From: a virus
Lineage: Duplodnaviria > Caudoviricetes
Reading direction: 5' to 3' (one strand)
Virus record (IMG/VR): IMGVR_UViG_3300040971_000176
Span: 1-47,167 of that record
DNA: 47,167 bases
Below, one piece after another: positions 1-8,926 of the stretch. The stretch's first letter is position 1; every line of letters starts with the position of its first letter. The position numbers and the translations under genes were made by a program. The notes beneath the pieces were generated by a model. It made no database searches. It saw only the letters and a program-made list of their open reading frames with translations, and was not told where the DNA came from.

Positions 1-175
1 ACCCGGAAGTGGAGCCCTTGCCATTGGTCCCGACCACATGCGCAACCGTCGCGGACAGGCGCTCAATGCCCATGAGCCGCATGGCTTCCTGCATGCGCGC
101 AAGGCCAAGCTGCATGGAAAAAAGTCCCAGGCTGTCCAGGTGGGCTTCGAATTCGGCAAAAGAGGCGAAGGTCAT
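1..175 (-). CDS. folC: Folylpolyglutamate synthase/dihydrofolate synthase, 5' part (runs off window)
   Basis: Manual translation from ATG at 175: MTFASFAEFEAHLDSLGLFSMQLGLARM...VAHVVGTNGKGSTSG, containing the FolC P-loop HVxGTNGKGS. Confidence 0.88.
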   Translation of the reverse strand, partial: MTFASFAEFEAHLDSLGLFSMQLGLARMQEAMRLMGIERLSATVAHVVGTNGKGSTSG

Positions 176-363
176 GGCTGCCTTAAGGGAGAAAGATTGA
201 AAAAGGCCCAGCCCGGAATGCGGGTCCTACGACAGGCCAAAGCCCCGGGGCCGGCGATCCGGGTTGAATTCATAGAGAGTTCCAGAGCCGGGAGCAACAG
301 AAAATGACCAAGAACCGGCTTGACTTTCAGCCCCGGAAAAAATAGGGAATGCTTCCATTTTAC

Positions 364-440
364 GCGCCAGTAGCTCAGGCGGATAGAGCAATTGCCTTCT
401 AAGCAATCGGTCGGGGGTTCGAGTCCTCCCTGGCGCGCCA
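364..440 (+). tRNA. tRNA-Arg (anticodon TCT)
   Basis: Cloverleaf: acceptor GCGCCAG/CTGGCGC, anticodon arm ATTGC-CTTCTAA-GCAAT, GGTTCGAGTCC T-loop, encoded CCA. Confidence 0.97.
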
Positions 441-449
441 CAAGAAAAC

Positions 450-488
450 AAGGGGTTGGATGTAAAAATCCAGCCCCTTCTTCTTTTG
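450..488 (+). terminator. Intrinsic terminator-like hairpin after the tRNA
   Basis: AAGGGGTTGGAT-GTAAAA-ATCCAGCCCCTT followed by CTTCTTTTG. Confidence 0.6.
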
Positions 489-548
489 AAAAATTCTTTT
501 CCCGGCATTATTCCCAGCACCCGGACACAGAATCTGGATTTGCAGCCC

Positions 549-560
549 TGTAGGGGGGCG
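549..560. mobile_element. Detached terminal 12 bp of the second (mini-Mu) element; includes the left copy of the phage TSD (556-560)
   Basis: Joining 549-560 to 37131 onward gives TGTAGGGGGGCGCTTAATTTTG..., a TG terminus followed by two CGCTTAATTTTG repeats. Confidence 0.7.
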
Positions 561-745
561 TGTTAGGAAGCGAAGCATTTGGCACAGACGGGATATGATG
601 GGATTGAGGGGGACAGGGTGGGATGAGTGCAGGGGCGGCGCGGGTTGGCGGGTGGTTTGAGAATTTTTTTTCGTGCTGGTGAATTTGCGGTGGATTTGGC
701 GCTTGGCCGGGATGGTTGAGGGGAATTAGCGGGCTATTTGGCGCA
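561..745 (+). repeat. Prophage left end with transposase-binding sites L1-L3
   Basis: TGTTAGGAAGCGAAGCATTTGGCAC (561-585), GAATTTGCGGTGGATTTGGCGC (681-702) and GAATTAGCGGGCTATTTGGCGC (723-744); long L1-L2 gap as in Mu. Confidence 0.8.
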
Positions 746-1044
746 GGTGACTTTTGAGGAATGGGCGTTCTTGTGTCAGGGGTGCTGACATTAACGGTGG
801 GGCCGGGAGGTTCTTTTTTTTGTTTCGTACGATCAACACGCGAAGGGCCAGGTGGCCCTTTTTTTGTGTCTTACCACCGCCGCTGCCGGCGACGATGAGG
901 GGCGTAACTGTCAGACATCATGCAGCCTTTTTTGGAAGGTTCCCAGCAAACACCCGCCCTATGATCTCCCAACATCCAGCCGCGAAGATGACGTTTCCGA
1001 CTTTCTCACAGACTCGCTGCCGCATCAATGCGCGGTGCCAGAGG

Positions 1045-1719
1045 TTAACCCGTGTCCCGAACTGCTGATTGAGAGCGGCTTTCTTCCAACTCGTGGCGGA
1101 GCTGCTGGTTCTCGTCTCGGAGCTGATCCAGCTGGGACTGGAACGAAGCCATAGCCTCAGAGAACTGCCGCTCCATCTTGTTAACGCGCTCGTCCATGGT
1201 GACGCCGTGGTGGAAGGCCTCGATATTGCTGTAGAGCGCTTCGCGGTAGACCGTATCCGATTCAAGAACTTTGGCGGTTTTAGCCAACATATCGGCGATG
1301 CTGATGTTTCGACGGCTGGCATCATTAGATATGGGTGCCAGATCTTGTTCGGGGGCGGACGCCCCCTGCCCAGCGTTTACCCTCGGAAATCGCCCTGGCA
1401 ATTGCTCGGACGGTCTCCTCATTTCTCCTTCGCCAGTCCTTAACCAGTCCATTGATACGCCGTACTTGTCGGCTATTATTCCGTACCAACTATCAGGGAT
1501 ATTTCCCCTTCGCTTCGAGCCAGAAACTGATGAGTGAGAGATACCCAGGGCTGTCGCTACGTCTGCTGCTTTTTTGGTTCCGACGGCTTGCATCATTCGC
1601 GCAAAAACAACTTCGAACTGGTTCGCAGAAAAAGAACCGAACTCCGAACCAAACTCCGAACTTTCATTAGTGGTTCGCAGTTCGCTATTAGCTCCTGAAT
1701 TGATTTGAGATTCACTCAT
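1045..1719 (-). CDS. Prophage repressor (CI-like HTH, C-terminal coiled coil)
   Basis: HTH ADVATALGISHSSVSGSKRRGNIP...VSMDWLRTGEGEM; divergent from the early operon at the left end; start codon uncertain. Confidence 0.8.
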   Translation of the reverse strand: MSESQINSGANSELRTTNESSEFGSEFGSFSANQFEVVFARMMQAVGTKKAADVATALGISHSSVSGSKRRGNIPDSWYGIIADKYGVSMDWLRTGEGEMRRPSEQLPGRFPRVNAGQGASAPEQDLAPISNDASRRNISIADMLAKTAKVLESDTVYREALYSNIEAFHHGVTMDERVNKMERQFSEAMASFQSQLDQLRDENQQLRHELEESRSQSAVRDTG

Positions 1720-1799
1720 TTTTTGGCCTTTTGAAAACAAAATTAACTACGAACCAACTTTTTTCTTGACTTTGAGTCAAGTCTCACTTTACTCCGAAC
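1609..1799. promoter_or_regulatory. Operator/enhancer-like repeat array and divergent promoter region
   Basis: AACTNCGAAC at 1609, 1640, 1652, 1745, inverted at 1673, 9/10 match at 1790; inverted repeat CTTGACT-TTG-AGTCAAG at 1765-1781 places TTGACT on both strands. Confidence 0.6.
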
Positions 1800-1862
1800 T
1801 CACAAAGGGCAACAAATGTACCGCAATAAGTTGACCAATAAACCAACGAAACTGGACCCGCA

Positions 1863-2312
1863 ATGACAAAACGACGCACAACCTCGGATACTGCCCCGCG
1901 TCAGCTCCTCCTTCCGCTTCATTCCGGAGGCACAAACTGCATTCGTGCCGGGCGCTTGTGCCGGAAAGACGCCGTGAGGGAAGCGCTGACACAGGCCTTG
2001 GCTGGCTGCCAACTTTCTCGCGAAGAGGTTGCTCAGGAGCTGACCAGGCTGACTGGAGAGGCAGTGTCCGTGAATCACATCCACAACTGGTGTTCCGAGG
2101 GCAAGCGCGAGTGGAGATTTCCCCTGGAATTAGCCACGGCCTTCTGCCTGATCACAGGCGATTACGGCATGATTTTGGCGGTTCTGGACGGGACTGGCCA
2201 GGGCCTTGCCGACGAAGGGACCATGGTCCTGGCCGAGTATGGCCAGATCCTGGTTGAGGAGCGCAAGCGCGCCAGTAAAAAACGCGAGCTGCTGGAAAGA
2301 CTGGGGGCATGA
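1863..2312 (+). CDS. Phage regulatory protein (HTH-like, first early gene)
   Basis: SREEVAQELTRLTGEAVSVNHIHNW HTH-like segment; overlaps the next gene. Confidence 0.6.
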   Translation: MTKRRTTSDTAPRQLLLPLHSGGTNCIRAGRLCRKDAVREALTQALAGCQLSREEVAQELTRLTGEAVSVNHIHNWCSEGKREWRFPLELATAFCLITGDYGMILAVLDGTGQGLADEGTMVLAEYGQILVEERKRASKKRELLERLGA

Positions 2313-2527
2313 TGAACGAGAAGAACGCACGCAAAGTCAAGGCATGGCTTGCCCTGCAAGGGATCAAGCAGTCGCAGATCGCGGAAGAACTGGGAGTGGC
2401 CAGGGCCACTATTCACCACTGGATCGCCGGAAAGGTGCAATCACAGAGAATTTATAACTATTTTATCGAACGCGGTTGTCCGCGCGAGTATTTCGCTGGG
2501 CGTCCGGAAGCGAGGAGGGCGGCATGA
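2309..2527 (+). CDS. Ner/Cro-like HTH regulator
   Basis: 72 aa; QSQIAEELGVARATIHHWIAG HTH; upstream of the transposase. Confidence 0.75.
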   Translation: MMNEKNARKVKAWLALQGIKQSQIAEELGVARATIHHWIAGKVQSQRIYNYFIERGCPREYFAGRPEARRAA

Positions 2528-2742
2528 TTTCAATGTATGCAGTCCGCTTGAGCAACGGTGGTTACGAGTTCTTTCTTAGGAAAACCATTTGGACGTCCAC
2601 AATTGAACGCGCCTCCATGTTCTCAACTGAAGACGACGCCAGGGCCGCATTGTTGAAGGCAAAGCAATTCATGGCGCGGAAGTCTGATGCCCGCCGTGCA
2701 GAGATCATCCTGGTGAACACAGCTGAGGGAACCAAGGCATGA
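2524..2742 (+). CDS. Hypothetical protein
   Basis: GGAGG SD; ATGA overlaps at both ends. Confidence 0.55.
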   Translation: MISMYAVRLSNGGYEFFLRKTIWTSTIERASMFSTEDDARAALLKAKQFMARKSDARRAEIILVNTAEGTKA

Positions 2743-4808
2743 GCTACACAGCCGCACAGATTGCCGAGGCCGTTGGTGTGTCAGAAAGGGCCATACAGAA
2801 GCGGTCCAAGAAAGAGGCATGGCCGAGCTTGAAGCGCTCGGGCAAGGGCGGCGGAAAGGTATTTACCCTCGCCAGCCTGCCTCAGGACGTACGCGAAGCC
2901 ATACTGAAGTGGGAACTGAAGGCCTCCTCCCCGGCCCTGATGGAAACGCCCAACGTGCCGGCCGTTAAAGCGCCGGTGGATACGTCACTTTTAAACACCA
3001 AGCAGCGCAACGTGATGTGCGCGCGGCTGGCATTTGTGCGCGAAATAGAGCGTCTGGCCGCAGCGGGCATGGCCAAGACAACGATCATGGACAACCTGGT
3101 GGAAGCGTCACGCCGGGGCGAACTGGCACCGCACCTCACGCCCATGGTGATCCTGGCAAATGACAGATCCAAAGGCGAACGCGGTCTGTCAAAGCGCAGC
3201 CTGCAGCGCTGGTGCAGCGACTTCGCCAAGGGTGGCGAGGGCGCACTGGCCCCGGCGCGGAATTCAAAAGACATGGCCGTCCCGGCATGGGCCGCTGATT
3301 TCCTGGCCGTTTACCAGCGCCCAAGCAACCCGACCCTGGCCGACGCATATCGGCAGGTTTTCGGCCTGCCACATCGTCCGAATCCTGGCGCACCGAGTAT
3401 CCATGCCGTGCGCAGATTCGTATCCAAACTTTCCCTTCCTGCCCGCATGCAGGGCCGCAAAACAGGCAACGCCTGGTTGTGCGTCCTGCCTCATCGCCGC
3501 CGTGACACTTCGGACCTGTGGCCGACGGACATCTATACCATGGACGGCACCACGTTCGACGCCGAAATCATGCACCCACACAACGGTCAGCCATTCAAGC
3601 CGGAGATCACCTTGGTCATCGACGTGGCCACCAGGCGCTGCGTGGGCATGAGCGTTGCCCTGGCAGAATCGGCCATCAGCACTCTGGACGCGGTCCGCAT
3701 GGCGTGCCTGTTTGGCGGGATCCCGGCCATGCTGCACGCGGACAATGGCCCCGGATACATCAACGCAGTGTGGACTGCGGAAGGGTCCGGACTGATGGCC
3801 CGCCTTGGCATCGAGCTTTGCAACTCCATTCCCGGAAGGCCCATGGGCAAAGGGCTGATGGAACGGGCCGTGGGCACCATTTGCGTGCCTGCTGCGAAGC
3901 GCCTGATGAGTTGCAGCCATGCGGATATGGACAAGGATGCCGCCAAGAAAGTTTTCAAGCTGTCTCGCCGGGCGCTCAAAGCCGGGGCCAACGTGCTGCC
4001 CACTTGGGAAGAGTTCAAGGCTGCCCTGCTTGGTCGCCTGGAAGAGTACAACAACACCCCACATCGCGGGCAGGATATGCCCAAGATCGTCGACGAGATC
4101 AGCGGACGCATGCGCCCCATGAGCCCCAACGAGGCATGGGCCGCCGGTATCGCCAAAGGTTTTGAGCCGGTGACGGTGCCTGAGTCCATGCGCGACGAAC
4201 TATTCATGCCCGCCGAGCATCGCAAGGTGCTGCGCGGCAAAATCAAGTTTTTGGGTGGCGAATACTACCATGCGGATCTGACCGAACTGGCCGGAGAGGT
4301 GGTGGAAGTACGCTACGACATTTGGGACAGCTCCAAGGTCTACGTGTGGAGCATGGACGGCAAGAAGATCTGCGCCGCAGGCCTTGATGCCCATGCCACT
4401 CCCTATATGCCCCAATCGCGGCGAGAGGTGGCGCAGGACAAGCGCAGAAAGGCCCAGCTTGGTCGTCTGGAAGACAAGGTGCAGCGCATCGCTCCCGGTG
4501 CGACCATCATGCTGCCGGACGTCGACCAGGGCCAGTATTCCGACGAATTGGCAGTTGGCAGACCGGAAAGCCCTGTGACGATCGACGTGGAAGCCATCCC
4601 TGCCCCTTCAGATGCCCGCCCCTTATTCCTGAACAGAATGCACCATTACCGCTGGCTCATGGAACACCGTGACCAGTGCACCGAAGCGGACGAATCCTGG
4701 CTGGCAGAGTACGCCCAGGACCCGGAATATTTGGATATGGCGGACAGATATGAGTTTGAAAAGATTGCGTATAGCGCGCCGATTGTGGCGAAGGAGGCAA
4801 CGCGATGA
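2739..4808 (+). CDS. Mu-like DDE transposase (MuA)
   Basis: N-terminal HTH (YTAAQIAEAVGVSERAIQKR), end-binding domains, DDE motifs YTMDG / HADNGPGY / KGLMER, Mu-type C-terminal domain (VEVRYDIWD). Confidence 0.95.
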   Translation: MSYTAAQIAEAVGVSERAIQKRSKKEAWPSLKRSGKGGGKVFTLASLPQDVREAILKWELKASSPALMETPNVPAVKAPVDTSLLNTKQRNVMCARLAFVREIERLAAAGMAKTTIMDNLVEASRRGELAPHLTPMVILANDRSKGERGLSKRSLQRWCSDFAKGGEGALAPARNSKDMAVPAWAADFLAVYQRPSNPTLADAYRQVFGLPHRPNPGAPSIHAVRRFVSKLSLPARMQGRKTGNAWLCVLPHRRRDTSDLWPTDIYTMDGTTFDAEIMHPHNGQPFKPEITLVIDVATRRCVGMSVALAESAISTLDAVRMACLFGGIPAMLHADNGPGYINAVWTAEGSGLMARLGIELCNSIPGRPMGKGLMERAVGTICVPAAKRLMSCSHADMDKDAAKKVFKLSRRALKAGANVLPTWEEFKAALLGRLEEYNNTPHRGQDMPKIVDEISGRMRPMSPNEAWAAGIAKGFEPVTVPESMRDELFMPAEHRKVLRGKIKFLGGEYYHADLTELAGEVVEVRYDIWDSSKVYVWSMDGKKICAAGLDAHATPYMPQSRREVAQDKRRKAQLGRLEDKVQRIAPGATIMLPDVDQGQYSDELAVGRPESPVTIDVEAIPAPSDARPLFLNRMHHYRWLMEHRDQCTEADESWLAEYAQDPEYLDMADRYEFEKIAYSAPIVAKEATR

Positions 4809-4876
4809 CGGGAACGATCATCGGGATCGCGGTGGTGATGTTCGTGCTGGTGGTGATTGTCATCAGGGCGAAATAA
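4805..4876 (+). CDS. 23-aa single-pass membrane peptide (not in ORF track)
   Basis: AAGGAGG SD, ATGA overlap with the MuA stop; MTGTIIGIAVVMFVLVVIVIRAK. Confidence 0.6.
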   Translation: MTGTIIGIAVVMFVLVVIVIRAK

Positions 4877-4946
4877 AGGCGGCCGGAGCTGTTGGCGCAG
4901 CCCCGGCCCAAGCATGAAAACAAACAACCAGGGGAGACTATCCAGA

Positions 4947-5696
4947 ATGAAGAAACAGTTTGTCAAGACAGAGAATTACAGCCGGTTTGTAGCTGCCGTG
5001 CGGGCCGTTGAGCAGCGCGGTGCCGCTGAGGCAGGGATGCTGCTTTTGCACGGCCTGCCGGGCCTGGGCAAGAGCCACACGGCGGACCGTTGGGCCGTGG
5101 AGACAGGGGCCGTTTTTTTGCGCGCCAAGGTCGACTGGAGCCCCCGCTACTTCCTGCGGGATCTGGCGGCCACGCTGCGCACCGTAGACCCTACCGGCAC
5201 GAACCAGCAGCTGTTCACCCGTCTGCTGGACCACCTGGCCAGGACGCAGCAGCCCCTCGTTATAGACGAGGCTGAATTCTGTCTCGCTAACGGTGCGCAG
5301 GTCCTCGAAAAGATCCGCGACATTTCGGACTACGCCGAGATCACGGTGGTGCTGATCGGCATGGAGCGGATCCAGCGCATGCTGGCCAAGTACGGACAGA
5401 TCCATTCGCGCATCGCCCAGTCTGTGGAGTTCGCTCCGGCGACACCGGCAGACGTGGCCTATGCCTGCAGCCTGCTCTCGGAAGTGCCCATGACCGAGGC
5501 CATGTGTGCGGAAGTACACAGGATGTCAGGCGGGAAGATGCGCGATGTCCTCAACATCATCGCCAATGTGGAGCGCATCGCCAAGGAGTCAGGGCTGGAG
5601 AAGGCGGATGTGGCCAACTTCCAGGGCGTGACGCTCGGCATCGATTGGGCCAGCCGTCAGCCCAAGACGGTCCGCGCCCAGGGAGCCAGGGCATGA
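4947..5696 (+). CDS. MuB-like AAA+ ATPase (transposition target protein)
   Basis: Walker A GLPGLGKS, Walker B LVIDEAE; follows MuA. Confidence 0.92.
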   Translation: MKKQFVKTENYSRFVAAVRAVEQRGAAEAGMLLLHGLPGLGKSHTADRWAVETGAVFLRAKVDWSPRYFLRDLAATLRTVDPTGTNQQLFTRLLDHLARTQQPLVIDEAEFCLANGAQVLEKIRDISDYAEITVVLIGMERIQRMLAKYGQIHSRIAQSVEFAPATPADVAYACSLLSEVPMTEAMCAEVHRMSGGKMRDVLNIIANVERIAKESGLEKADVANFQGVTLGIDWASRQPKTVRAQGARA

Positions 5697-6217
5697 CGCC
5701 GGGCCGACAGATCCTGACCGCGCTTTCGGCCGGTTGCGCGACCACTGCGCAGCTGGTCGAGCGCATCGAAGGGACCACCTCGGCCCGGATTCAGAGTTGC
5801 CTGCGCACCCTGCAGGATCGGGCCTTGGTGCGTTCAGCCCAGGGCGTGCACGAACTGACGGACAAGGGCCGGGCATGGGCCGAAGCAGGGCTGGAGATCA
5901 ATGGTGGCCCCCGGCCAGGAAACGCTCAGTCGAGAACGGCGACCACTCTGCGGGCCAAGGCGTGGCGCTATCTGCTCATCAAGAACAAGGCCAGTCTGGA
6001 CGAAATTCTGCTGCTTATCGCCGACGGCACGGAGGCCAGGGCCGAGCAGAATCTGCGGCGCTATCTGAACGCGCTGACGCGGGCGGGGATCCTGGTCAAG
6101 ACGCGCTCTGGCTGGCTTCTCCCGAACGATCGCGTCACCGGTACCGAGGCCCCAAGCTGGAACACCAAGACGCGCATGGTCAGCGACCTGAACACGGGGG
6201 AGATATGGCGGATTTAA
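5693..6217 (+). CDS. Tandem winged-helix-like early protein
   Basis: Two wHTH-like halves; positional counterpart of 43453-44058. Confidence 0.6.
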   Translation: MTPGRQILTALSAGCATTAQLVERIEGTTSARIQSCLRTLQDRALVRSAQGVHELTDKGRAWAEAGLEINGGPRPGNAQSRTATTLRAKAWRYLLIKNKASLDEILLLIADGTEARAEQNLRRYLNALTRAGILVKTRSGWLLPNDRVTGTEAPSWNTKTRMVSDLNTGEIWRI

Positions 6218-6522
6218 CGTGGATGGCCATGCTCAAAGAGCAGGTCGAGGCGCGGTCCATAACGGCCGTGGCTGCGGATCTGGGAGTGAGCCGCACGGCG
6301 ATCAGCTTGATCCTGTCAGGCAAGTACCCGGGCGGGACTGATCGAATGGCAGCGCGGATCCAGGATGTTTTTTCGAGAGTGCGGTGCCCGTATTCAGGCG
6401 GGCTGGTCAGCCCTGCTGAATGTGCAATGAGGGCGGGGAAAATGCCCATGGGCAGCCCAGGAGCTTTGAGGTGGTGGCGTATGTGCCAGGAGTGCGAGAA
6501 CAAGCCTAATAACGCGGAATAG
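6205..6522 (+). CDS. HTH protein with Cys-rich C-terminus
   Basis: SITAVAADLGVSRTAISLILSG; RCP...EC...CQEC; homologous to 43088-43456. Confidence 0.65.
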   Translation: MADLTWMAMLKEQVEARSITAVAADLGVSRTAISLILSGKYPGGTDRMAARIQDVFSRVRCPYSGGLVSPAECAMRAGKMPMGSPGALRWWRMCQECENKPNNAE

Positions 6523-6532
6523 CGGAGTAAAT

Positions 6533-6757
6533 ATGGTCAGCAATGAAATACGGAACTGCGGGATAGCCCTTGGGGCGCTCATGCATCAGGTGACCGAGGA
6601 ACAGGCAGCGATGATCAGGCTCATCAAGCAGAATCTGATCGCGGCGGCGGATCAGGCCAAAGAGATGGAGAGCGGTCTGGTGGTTCCGCTTTTCAAGGTC
6701 AATTGTGACGGCGACTGCAAGCTCTGCGCAGCCGGACCAAACACTTTCAAACGATAG
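6533..6757 (+). CDS. Hypothetical early protein
   Basis: GGAG SD; homologous to 42889-43098. Confidence 0.7.
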   Translation: MVSNEIRNCGIALGALMHQVTEEQAAMIRLIKQNLIAAADQAKEMESGLVVPLFKVNCDGDCKLCAAGPNTFKR

Positions 6758-6765
6758 GAGGAAGC

Positions 6766-7365
6766 ATGGAAGGATACAGAAAAAACGCTCTGGGGCACTT
6801 GGTGCCGGTGGATCAGATCCAGCCAATCGATCTGGCCCGCGACGAACTGGTGGTTGAAAAGGCAGAGAAAATCAAGGCCATGCAGGCGCAGATCCGTCAG
6901 CTCAAGGGCGAAATCATGGGCGACATAGAGGCTTTCGTGGAGCTGGCCGCCGAGAAATACGATGCCAAGGTCGGAGGCGATAAGGGCAACGTAACGCTGA
7001 TGAGCTTTGACGGCCGCTTCAGGCTGCGCCGCCAGATCTCCGAGAACCTGAGTTTTGACGAGCGCCTTCAGGCGGCCAAGGGCTTGATCGACGAGTGCAT
7101 CAGGGAATGGACGCAGGGTTCCCGCTCCGAGCTGCAGGCCCTGATCAACGATGCCTTCCAGGTGGACAAGGAAGGCCGGATCAACACGGGCCGCATCCTC
7201 GGCTTGCGTCGGCTCGCCATCGACGATGACCGCTGGCATCGGGCCATGGAGGCCATTTCGGACAGCCTGCAGGTGACGGGAACAACGGCGTATTTCAGGC
7301 TCTACGAGCGCTGCGGCAACGGCGATCGGTATGTGAGCGTTCCGCTCGATATGGCGGCGGTCTAA
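6766..7365 (+). CDS. DUF3164-family protein of Mu-like phages
   Basis: GYRKNALGHLVP...GNVTLMSFDG...FDERLQAAK...AFQVDKEG family signature. Confidence 0.85.
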   Translation: MEGYRKNALGHLVPVDQIQPIDLARDELVVEKAEKIKAMQAQIRQLKGEIMGDIEAFVELAAEKYDAKVGGDKGNVTLMSFDGRFRLRRQISENLSFDERLQAAKGLIDECIREWTQGSRSELQALINDAFQVDKEGRINTGRILGLRRLAIDDDRWHRAMEAISDSLQVTGTTAYFRLYERCGNGDRYVSVPLDMAAV

Positions 7366-7368
7366 CCC

Positions 7369-7430
7369 CTGTGAAACAGCCCTTCGGGGCTGTCGTCCGG
7401 GCGTGGCGGCCCGGGCCTGATGAGCAGCCA
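7369..7430 (+). ncRNA. Type II hammerhead ribozyme #1
   Basis: GAAA (7373), stem III ACAGCCC-TTCG-GGGCTGT, GTC cleavage triplet (7392-7394), stem I GTCCGGGC/GCCCGGGC, CTGATGA (7417-7423), stem II CTGT/GCAG; loop TGGC pairs with downstream GCCA. Confidence 0.9.
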
Positions 7431-7440
7431 GGAGGCGAAA

Positions 7441-7617
7441 ATGCAGATCACATGCGGGTTTTGTAAGTACCAGGGCGAAGCGGATGAGTTTACCCCACGC
7501 GATCAGGCGTGCGGCCCGGACTGGGTCTGCCCGAAGTGCCTGGTCGGCACTTACGTGCCGAGCACGCTTACTGCCGATGACCTCATCGGGCTGCTCAGCC
7601 AGGACGCACGGCCATGA
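7441..7617 (+). CDS. Small zinc-ribbon protein
   Basis: GGAGG SD; CGFC...CPKC. Confidence 0.6.
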   Translation: MQITCGFCKYQGEADEFTPRDQACGPDWVCPKCLVGTYVPSTLTADDLIGLLSQDARP

Positions 7618-7868
7618 CGGATCTGATTCTGGTGCGCCAAACGATCTATGTGGAGGGCATTGAATGCACAGTAACGGAGCTTGTTCCGATGTACCCGAAA
7701 TTGACGCCGTGCCCCGCGCCTTTTGTAAAGATCATTGCGCTGCCTGGAATAAGCGGAAGTCAAAAAGAGGCGTCGACGAAAGCTACTGCGGAAAGACCGT
7801 CATGTCTCCGGAGGGAGACGGGAAGCGGCGCTGCCATTGGGGCTGGAAACGAATCAGGGAGAAGATGA
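7614..7868 (+). CDS. Hypothetical protein
   Basis: ATGA overlap with the previous gene; operon position. Confidence 0.4.
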   Translation: MTDLILVRQTIYVEGIECTVTELVPMYPKLTPCPAPFVKIIALPGISGSQKEASTKATAERPSCLRRETGSGAAIGAGNESGRR

Positions 7869-7872
7869 GATC

Positions 7873-8082
7873 ATGAGCACTTGGATCACCGTTGAGGTCG
7901 AAGTCGGGGTTGATGTTCCGCAAGACGCGCTTGGCATGTGGATAGCCGAGCAGCTCAACCACCCGCGCGAAGCTGCCGAGAGGTCGGAAGAGGAAGAGGC
8001 TGGGCTGGAGGCGCTTGACGATTACCAGGGGCCGGTCACGGTCCTGTGGTGGGATCCGCAGCCTGAGAGATCACGGGCATGA
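7873..8082 (+). CDS. Hypothetical acidic protein
   Basis: Operon position; overlap with the next gene. Confidence 0.5.
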   Translation: MSTWITVEVEVGVDVPQDALGMWIAEQLNHPREAAERSEEEEAGLEALDDYQGPVTVLWWDPQPERSRA

Positions 8083-8363
8083 GCAAGGTGCGCACCCTCG
8101 AATCCTTCGACAAGAAGGATCTGATTGAATTCATCGAGCAGAGCTCGTTCTTCTGGGGCCGCGATGGCGGGCGGACGGTTCGTGACTTGTCCTGGATTGA
8201 GGGCAACAGGAAATTCAAAGAGCTGAGCGCCAAGATGGACGCCCTTCAGGCGGAGATGGCCAAGTGCCACCTGCCGCAGGATTGGAAAAAATACAGGGAG
8301 TTGTCAGACAAGTGGGATGCAGCGAACCGGGCCTGGAACCGAATCCACAAGGGCTTAGTATGA
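8079..8363 (+). CDS. Hypothetical protein
   Basis: ATGA-coupled at both ends. Confidence 0.6.
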   Translation: MSKVRTLESFDKKDLIEFIEQSSFFWGRDGGRTVRDLSWIEGNRKFKELSAKMDALQAEMAKCHLPQDWKKYRELSDKWDAANRAWNRIHKGLV

Positions 8364-8926
8364 AAGCCACCTGCCCCCACTGTGGCACATACGGACCATT
8401 GGATTCCTTCCTGGTGGACTCCGACGCAAAGGCAGCTGTCACTGCAGTTGGCAAACTCCCTGGGGATCTGTCCAGGCTCTGCTGGTCGTACCTCGGCCTG
8501 TTTCGCAAGCCTGCATCTTCCCGGGTTTTGACTTGGGAACGCGTGGGCAGGATCGTGGCAGAGTTGGCCGACCTGGTGGCTGAGAAAGACATGAGCTGGA
8601 AAGGCCAGCGTGTGGTGCCGAGCCGCCCTGATTACTGGGCTCAGGGCATCCAGGCAATGCTGGACAGCGATGCCATGGGCAAACTTGAGCGGCCATTGGA
8701 TGGTCACAACTACCTCAGGGCGGTCGTATACGGGATTGCCGAGAAGGCTTGGCATCAGGGCAACGTCAGGCGTGAGGAAGAGGCAAAGCGCCGCCCTCCT
8801 GAGGCGCCACAGATACGCCGGGAACTTAGACATGAGAATGACCACGTTGTGCCGCTAGCCGAAGGGATCAAGGGGTGGCGGGAGAAACTAGGGCTGTCCA
8901 AGCCCGAAGGAGGCTCGACAGAATGA
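8360..8926 (+). CDS. Mu-like phage hypothetical protein (N-terminal CxxC)
   Basis: MKATCPHCG...YLGLFR...LDGHNYLRAV. Confidence 0.65.
   Translation: MKATCPHCGTYGPLDSFLVDSDAKAAVTAVGKLPGDLSRLCWSYLGLFRKPASSRVLTWERVGRIVAELADLVAEKDMSWKGQRVVPSRPDYWAQGIQAMLDSDAMGKLERPLDGHNYLRAVVYGIAEKAWHQGNVRREEEAKRRPPEAPQIRRELRHENDHVVPLAEGIKGWREKLGLSKPEGGSTE

Noticed and set aside
364-440. tRNA-Arg as the attB of the prophage
   Set aside because: No tyrosine or serine integrase and no duplicated tRNA 3' end in the window; both elements have transposon-type ends more than 100 bp away
754-1154. ORFs 754-1068 and 852-1154 near the left end
   Set aside because: No convincing SD or motifs; they cross a terminator-like hairpin (843-865) and overlap the repressor's 3' end
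1609-1799. CRISPR array
   Set aside because: Repeats are only 10 bp, irregularly spaced and in mixed orientation; no cas genes
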